From the NCBI RefSeq assembly GCF_009914755.1, contig NC_060930.1: a stretch of DNA of 64,000 bases; one strand, given 5' to 3'. Source of the stretch: the human T2T-CHM13v2.0 reference genome, Homo sapiens. Positions 55,636-64,000 of the stretch are shown one piece after another; within the stretch, counting starts at the first letter, position 1; each line of letters opens with the position of its first letter. The notes below the pieces were generated by a model, which made no database searches, was not told the DNA's origin, and saw nothing but the letters and a program-made list of their open reading frames with translations. Position numbers and translations under genes: made by a program.

Positions 55636-56056
55636 TCTGCTTTTAAAACTTTAAAAAAAAATGCTTTCAGGCTAGGGACAGGGGCTCACACCTGTAATCT
55701 CAGCTGAGGTGGGAGGATCACTTGAGGCCAGCAATTTGAGACCAGCCTGGGCAACATGGCAAGACCCACTCTCTAAAAAAAAACTTTTAAAAATTAGCCG
55801 AGTGTGGTGGCATGCACATGTAGGCCTAGGTGTTGGGGTGGCTAAGGCAGGAAGAGCACTGGAACTCAGGAGTCTGAGGTTATAATAAACTATGATGGTG
55901 CCACTGCACTCCAGCCTGGGCAACAAAGCCAGACCATATCTCTTTAAAAATTAAAAAATGGGGCCAGGCGCGGTGGCTGAACGCCTTTAATCCCAGCACT
56001 TTGGGAGGCCGAGGCGGGTAGATCACGAGATCAGAAGATCGAGACCATCCTGGCTA

Positions 56057-56372
<316 letters not shown>

Positions 56373-56375
56373 CTA

Positions 56376-56612
<237 letters not shown>

Positions 56613-57721
56613 CTAATTACCTTTTTGGGTAGCTTGCCTATGCTTCTTCGGGTAGAAATAATATTTTCTATTTGGGTAATTTATCCAAAATTTATATTTT
56701 AAAATGGAAAGACCATATAAGTTTGTCTTTGCTAGTTTATTACTATTTACATTGTTTTCTCTATTTGATGTGCCTTTTTTGCTAATTTTAAAAAATATTC
56801 ATTGTTACTTGGAAAGTTTGTATTTATACCCTTTATAGTGTCGTTAATTGACCTTATTTTTTTATTTTTTATTTTTTATTTTTTATTTTTTTGCTAGGCA
56901 TGATGGCTCATACCTGTAATACCAGCACTTTGGGAGGACGAGGAAGGTGGATCACCTAAGGTCAGGAGTTTGAGACCAGCCTGACCAACATGGTGAAACT
57001 CTGCCTGTACTAAAAATACAATATTAGCTGGGTGTGGCGGTGGGCATCTGTAATCCCAGCTACTTAGGAGGCTGAGGCAGGAGAATTGCTTGAACCCGGG
57101 AGGTGGAGGTTGCCGTGAGTGGAGATCGCGCCACTGAACTCCAGCCTGGGCAACAAGAGTGAAACTCTGTCTCAAAAAAAAAATAAATTTTTTTTTTTTT
57201 TTTACTATCTGGTTTATCAGTATGAAATGGTATGCTTTGATTCCTTCTATTACCTGTACAGCAGTCAGTGATCTAATTATACTTTCCCTTTTTTCCTCCT
57301 CCCATTGTTTTTAGTTGTATTCTTTCTACTTTGTCAGAACATGTAACATTTAAGTGCTATTATTTCACCCATGTTCCTATCCTTATTTCTGTCTTTGCTA
57401 TACAATTGGGTATGTGTCCTTTGCCAACATATCCCTGGTTATCTCTTGGTTAAATGAAACACATCCTCTAGAAGATTCCTCAGAAAGGGCTTGTGTGTAC
57501 AGCATTCTCTGAGTTCCTGCATATTCAAAATGGTTTTTTTCCTTCCTATGGCCTCGATATTTGAAGGACAGCTTGGCTGGGTATAAAATCATTGGCTTAC
57601 ACTTAAAAAAAATCAGCTTTATTGAGGTATAAGTTATATAAAAATTCACCAGTTGTAAGAATACAATTTGAAAAATGTGACAAACAGAAAGTGTAACCAC
57701 CAACTTCATTATGATGTGGAA

Positions 57722-57936
57722 CATGGGTCAGCAAACTACAGGCCACAGACAAAATTTGGCCTGCTGCCTGGTTTTATAAATTTTTATTGGAACACAGCCA
57801 CACTTTCATTTATGTAGTGTTTCTGGCTGTTCTTGCATCACAGTGGTAGTGCTTAGTAGTTGCAACAGAGATTACACGGCTTGCAAATCCTAAAATATTT
57901 ACTATTTGGACCTTTACAGTTGTTTGCTGATCTCTG
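57722..57936. mobile_element. MER58A-type hAT element within an old L1M fragment
   Basis: TIR-like ends catgggtcagcaaac / gtttgctgatctctg and internal ttattggaacacagccac. Confidence 0.7.
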
Positions 57937-58978
57937 CTATAGAATGTTTCTTTCACCCAAAAAGTTTTCTGGTGTCTCTTTGTAATTAATCTCCTCCCTT
58001 CTCCTATCCTCTAGCAACTACAGACGGGCCTTCTACCACTATGGTTTTGGCTTTTCTAGAATGTGTTAAAAATGGAATCATGTAGTCTCCTCACCTGGCT
58101 TCTTTCACTTAGATTAGTGCTTTTGAGATTCATTCAAGCTGAGTGTGGTGGCTCACATCTGTAATCCCAGCACTTTGGGAGGCTGAGGTGGGTGGATCAC
58201 GAGGTCAGGAGTTCAAGACCAGCCTGGCCAACACAGTGAAACCCTGTCTCTGCTAAAAATACCAAACTTAGCTGGATGTGGTGGCAGGCGCTTATAATCC
58301 CAGCTACTTGGGAGGCTGAGGCAGGAGAATCACTTGAACCCAGGAGGCAGGTTGCAGTGAGCCGAGATCACACCACTGCACTCCAGCCTGGGCAACAGAG
58401 GAAGACTCCTTCTCAAAAAAAAAGAAAAAGAAATTCATTCATGTTGGGTATATCAGTAATTCACTCTTTTTTTTTTTTTCTGCTGCTCTTCAACTCAGGC
58501 TCAAGTGATCCTCCTACCTTGGCCTCCCACAGTGCTGGAATTATAGGCATGAGTCACCGCACCCAGCCGTTCACTCCTTTTTATGGTGACTTGCACTTTC
58601 TTTCCTTGAATTTCTTGAAAATGCTGCCTTATTCTTACTTTGCTTTGAATCTTGCTCTTAATTTTTATTTTTATTTATTGAGACAGGGTCTCACTCTGTC
58701 ACCCAGGCTAGGGTGCAGTGGCATGATCAGGGCATACTGCAGCCTTGACCTCCCAGGCTCAAGCAATCCTCCCACCTCAGTCCCCTGAGTAGCTGGGTCT
58801 ACAGGTATGCGTCACTACGTCCAGCTAATTTTTTAAGTTTTTTGTAGAGATGGGGTCTCTTCGTGTTGCCCAGGCTGGTCTCGAACTCCTGGACTCAAGT
58901 GATCCACCCACCTTGGCTTTCTAAATTGCTGGGATTACAGACGTGAGCCACTGCATCTGGCTTGTTTGTTGCTCTTAA

Positions 58979-59217
<239 letters not shown>

Positions 59218-60510
59218 TAAAACTCCTGACCTCAGGTGATCCACCCACCTCGGCCTCCCAAAGTGCTGGGATTACAGGCATGAGCCACCATGCCCGACCT
59301 GTTTGTTTGTGTTTTGAGACAGGGCCTTACTCTGTTGCCCAGGCTGGAGTACAGTGGCATGATCACAGCTCACTGTAGCCTCAACTTACTGAGCTTAAGT
59401 GATCCTGCCACCTCAGCCTCCAAGTAGCTGGGACCACAGGCACATGGCACCACACCTGGCTAATTTTCAAATTTTTTTTAAGAAACGGGGTCTCCCTATG
59501 TTGCCCAGGCTGGTCTTGAGCTCCTAGGCTTAAGCAATCCTTTTGCCTTGGTCTCCCAAAGTGCTCGGATTACAGGCATGAGCTACCGCACCTGGCCCCT
59601 AATTTTTAAAATTCTTATTATAATAGGTGATTTGATCTTTTAGTCTTGAATTTTTTTTTTTTTTTTTTTTTTTGAGATGGAGTCTCACCCTGTCACTCAG
59701 GCTGGAGCGCAGTGGCATGATCTTGACTCACTGCAACCTCCGCCTCCCAGGCTCAAGTGATCCTCCTACCTTAGCCTCTGAGTAGCTGGGATCACAGACA
59801 TGAACCACCATGCACGGCTAGTTTTTTTTTTCTTTTTTAATTTTTTTAAAGACAGAGCCTCGCTCTGTTGCTCATGCTTGAGTGCAGTGGCATGATCTCG
59901 GCTCACTGCAGCCTCCTTCTCCTGGGTTCAAGCGATTCTTGTGCCTCGGCCTCCTTAGGAGCTGGGATTACAGGCATGTGCCACCACGCCCAGCTAATTT
60001 TTGTATTTTTAGTAGAGATGGGGTTTCGCCATGTTGGCCGTATTGGTCTTGAACTCCTGACCTCAAGTGATCCGCCTACCTCAGCCTCCCAAAGTGCTAG
60101 GATTACGGACGTTAGCCACCGCGCCAGCCTGGCTAATTATTTTTGCCTTGATGTTTTGAGAATTTTTTTCCTTTCCTTTAAAATCTAATAGTTTCATTAG
60201 AATGTATTTTGAAGTTAATTCTTCCTGGTAATATGTTTACTCCCTGGCACATTTTCTTAGAGTATAGTTTTAAATACTGGTTTTCTTTAATCAGCAGAAA
60301 TGTTTTTATTTGCATTTAGTTTTCTTTTTACATTAGATTTGAATGGCATTGGTTTGATTGGTTTTTTTCTTTTTCCTACTTTTAGGCATTTTGTGGACAG
60401 AGTTCATTGTGTACCCCCTCCTGTTAGTATAGCATCCTGCACCTTCTTTAATGGATGATGATATTGGTAGTGGGGAGGAAAAGGGGAGTTAGCACCTATT
60501 TGTGCAGGAT

Positions 60511-60545
<35 letters not shown>

Positions 60546-61728
60546 AGACTGAGTCTTACTCTGTCACGCAGGCTGGAGTTCAGTGGCACGATCTCGGCTC
60601 ACTGCAACCTCAGCCTCCGGGTTCAAGCAGTTCTCCCGTCTCAGCCTCCTGAGTAGCTGGGATTACAGGGGTGCGCCACCACACCTGGCTAATTTTTGTA
60701 TTTTTAGTAGAGATGGGGTTTCACCATGTTGGACAGGCTGGTCTCAAACTCCTGACCTTAAGTAATTTGCCCGCCTGGGCCTCCCAAAGTGCTGGAATTA
60801 CAGGTGTGAGCTACCGTGCCTGGCCTTGAGACAGGGGTCATGCTTTCTCACCCAAGCTGGAGTGCAGTGGTATGATCATACCTCACTATAACCTCAAACT
60901 CCTGGGCTCAAGCAATTCTCCCACCTCAGCCTCCTGAGTATTTATGACTACATGGTTGTGCCATGATCCCCAGCTAATTAAATTTTTTTTTTTTTTTTTT
61001 TTTTTTGTGGAGACAGGGCCTATGTTGCCTTGCCTGGTCTCAAGCTATCCTCCCTGTTGGCCTCCCCAGGCTTTGAGATTATAGGCATGGGCCGCTGCAC
61101 CTGGCCTTAATCTCAGCTAATTGTTGGGGAAGGCAAATATATATTATTGATCTTGCTTTCCTTCCTGAGAAATTCACGTCTCCTGGCTCTACAACAGTCA
61201 ACAGTATGGTCTGGTCTTCATCCTGCCTCTGTGACTGCTCATCATCTTTCATGGCTCTGTTTTCTTTGCATATCTTTTAGATGTTGGCTTTGTCTTCTCT
61301 ACTTATTCTCTGGCCACTTTGAATTCACTTTGATTGCTTTAGTTGCCATCCATAATAAATAGAAATCTTTATTCTAGATCTCTTTCCTGAGCTCCAGATC
61401 CATGTGTCCAGCTGACTACAGAATATCTCCAGTTGTATGATCTGAAGCCCCTAACTTTTTACCCCTTAACTTTGATCCTTCTACAGGATTTCTTAAATTG
61501 GTAAATGGCATCAGCGTATCAATGATTACCTCCACTCCCATCCCCAAATCCAGTCAGTCAGGTATATATTACCTACCAAATATAACTCATTATCCTTCTA
61601 GTTTTCTGTGTCCTTGCTGTTACTAAAGACCAGGTTGGGCTGGGCACGGTGGCTCACACCTATAATCCAGCTTTGGGAGGCTGAGGTGGGTGGATCATGA
61701 GGTCAGGAGATGAAGGCCAGCCTGGCTA

Positions 61729-61947
<219 letters not shown>

Positions 61948-62025
61948 TCACACCTGTAATCCCAGTGCTTTGGGAGGCCAAGGTGGGCAGATCACAAGGT
62001 CAGGAGATCGAGACCATCCTGGCTA

Positions 62026-62317
<292 letters not shown>

Positions 62318-62375
62318 CTAAAATATCTCTGATCATGTCTCTCTCTTCTGAAAATATTTGCCTCACTTGTTTCAG

Positions 62376-62480
62376 AAAATGGAATCATCAAGACAGATAA
62401 AGTATTTGAAGTGATGCTGGCTACAGACCGCTCCCACTATGCAAAATGTAACCCATACATGGATTCTCCACAATCAATAG
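62376..62480 (+). CDS. PCMT1: PCMT1 exon 2: (K)[34 protein letters not shown](G); gene continues beyond the window
   Basis: Acceptor ttgtttcag, donor TAG|GTAAGC, 105 nt, in phase with exon 1, recognised PIMT sequence. Confidence 0.97.
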
Positions 62481-62602
62481 GTAAGCTTTAGATTTCTGAA
62501 AATATCATAGTTTTCATCATTTACTTTATGATTTTTGGAAGTAGAAAAAGCCTGGGACACAGATATTTATCTATTATTACCTTCTTAATTTGAATTTTAT
62601 GA

Positions 62603-62998
<396 letters not shown>

Positions 62999-64000
62999 TA
63001 GGATTACAGGCATGAGCCACCACACCCTGCCGTAAAAAAAAACTTTTAATGAAAACTTACAGTATTAGCCGAGTGCTGAGTTTTCTTTAGGGGCCTTAGT
63101 GTTGACTAAAGATTAGTTTTCAGGTTAGGATTAATTTTTTAAATCAATATTTAAATAAGTGTGCTTAAGTTATTAATGACTTCTCTGCTTTATTTGCCCT
63201 GCTTTTTTGGCTTGTGTTTGTTTTTAGAAAGTCCTGTATTTAACTCCTTCTCCTGAAGCAGGTTTTGCTGAACTGCTGAGCCTTGGCAGTGGGCGCCTTT
63301 GAGGCTTAGAAGTGCCTCAGGATTCTGTCAGTCGGCTGCCATGCTATCTTCTTTTGACGCACTATAACAGTCAGCAGAGAAGATCCTGGGGAGCTTCTGA
63401 ACCCCGAAGGCACCTGCTACCACCGCTCAGTGAAACTTGCTTCAGAGGCAGAAAGAAGCAGGTAAATAAGTTTTGAGAAAGCAACACCACAAGAAAAGAA
63501 ACTAAAAGTTAAGAACCACGAAAAGATTGTGTGAATTAACATTAGATGATAAGATAAAGAATAAAATGAAGTATTTTATTGGTCTTTTAAGCTACTTTTT
63601 CAGTTATTCTAGTTTTTTTTTAAGTTGACAGAAATATGAAGCAATTTAATTTTGCACAGACTTTGTATACCTATTACATATGAAAACTTATTTTTAAAAA
63701 ACAATCTGAAGTAAAAACAAGCCAAAAATATATCAACTCTCAACTTACTGAAATTTTTCTTTTCTTAGCTGACTCTACAGGAGAAGAAATTTTTAGCTGC
63801 CGTACTTTAGAGGGACTGTTTTACTAGATGAGCACGTTACCCTTTGGCATGATTATATTTTCTAATTTTAACTGCTGGGTGACAGTACTCTAATAGAAGT
63901 AAGTTTTATTTTCTTGAGATCATAAAAACTAAAAAAGAATTATTGTGAAAGCCGGGCGTGGTGGCTCACGCCTGTAATCCTAGCACTTTGGGAGGCCGAG

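Overview
Primate, almost certainly human, euchromatic DNA recognisable as the LATS1-NUP43-PCMT1 locus (6q25.1; location from my own knowledge, not checked). It contains three genes. (1) The CpG-island promoter, non-coding exon 1 and part of intron 1 of LATS1 (minus strand). (2) The complete NUP43 gene (minus strand): 8 coding exons with GT-AG boundaries, 1143 nt, 380 aa, and an approximately 2.65 kb 3' UTR carrying inverted Alus. (3) The promoter and exons 1-2 of PCMT1 (plus strand), head-to-head with NUP43. The rest is roughly 90-95 Alu copies by hand count, plus nested LTR, DNA-transposon, L1, L2, L3 and MIR relics. Nearly all ORFs in the six-frame track are Alu-derived or GC-rich shadows. 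I found no new multi-gene system. The most interesting observations are: a COX6C retrocopy fragment split by two Alus and keeping ancestral residues; a palindrome-seeded AT-rich minisatellite; an Alu inserted into the NUP43 exon-4 donor; in-frame N-terminal extensions on both NUP43 and PCMT1; a strong-Kozak uORF in LATS1 exon 1; polyA-site choice that gates the inverted Alu pair; and candidate poison exons in PCMT1 intron 2. Repeat subfamily names come from recalled consensus sequences and are approximate.
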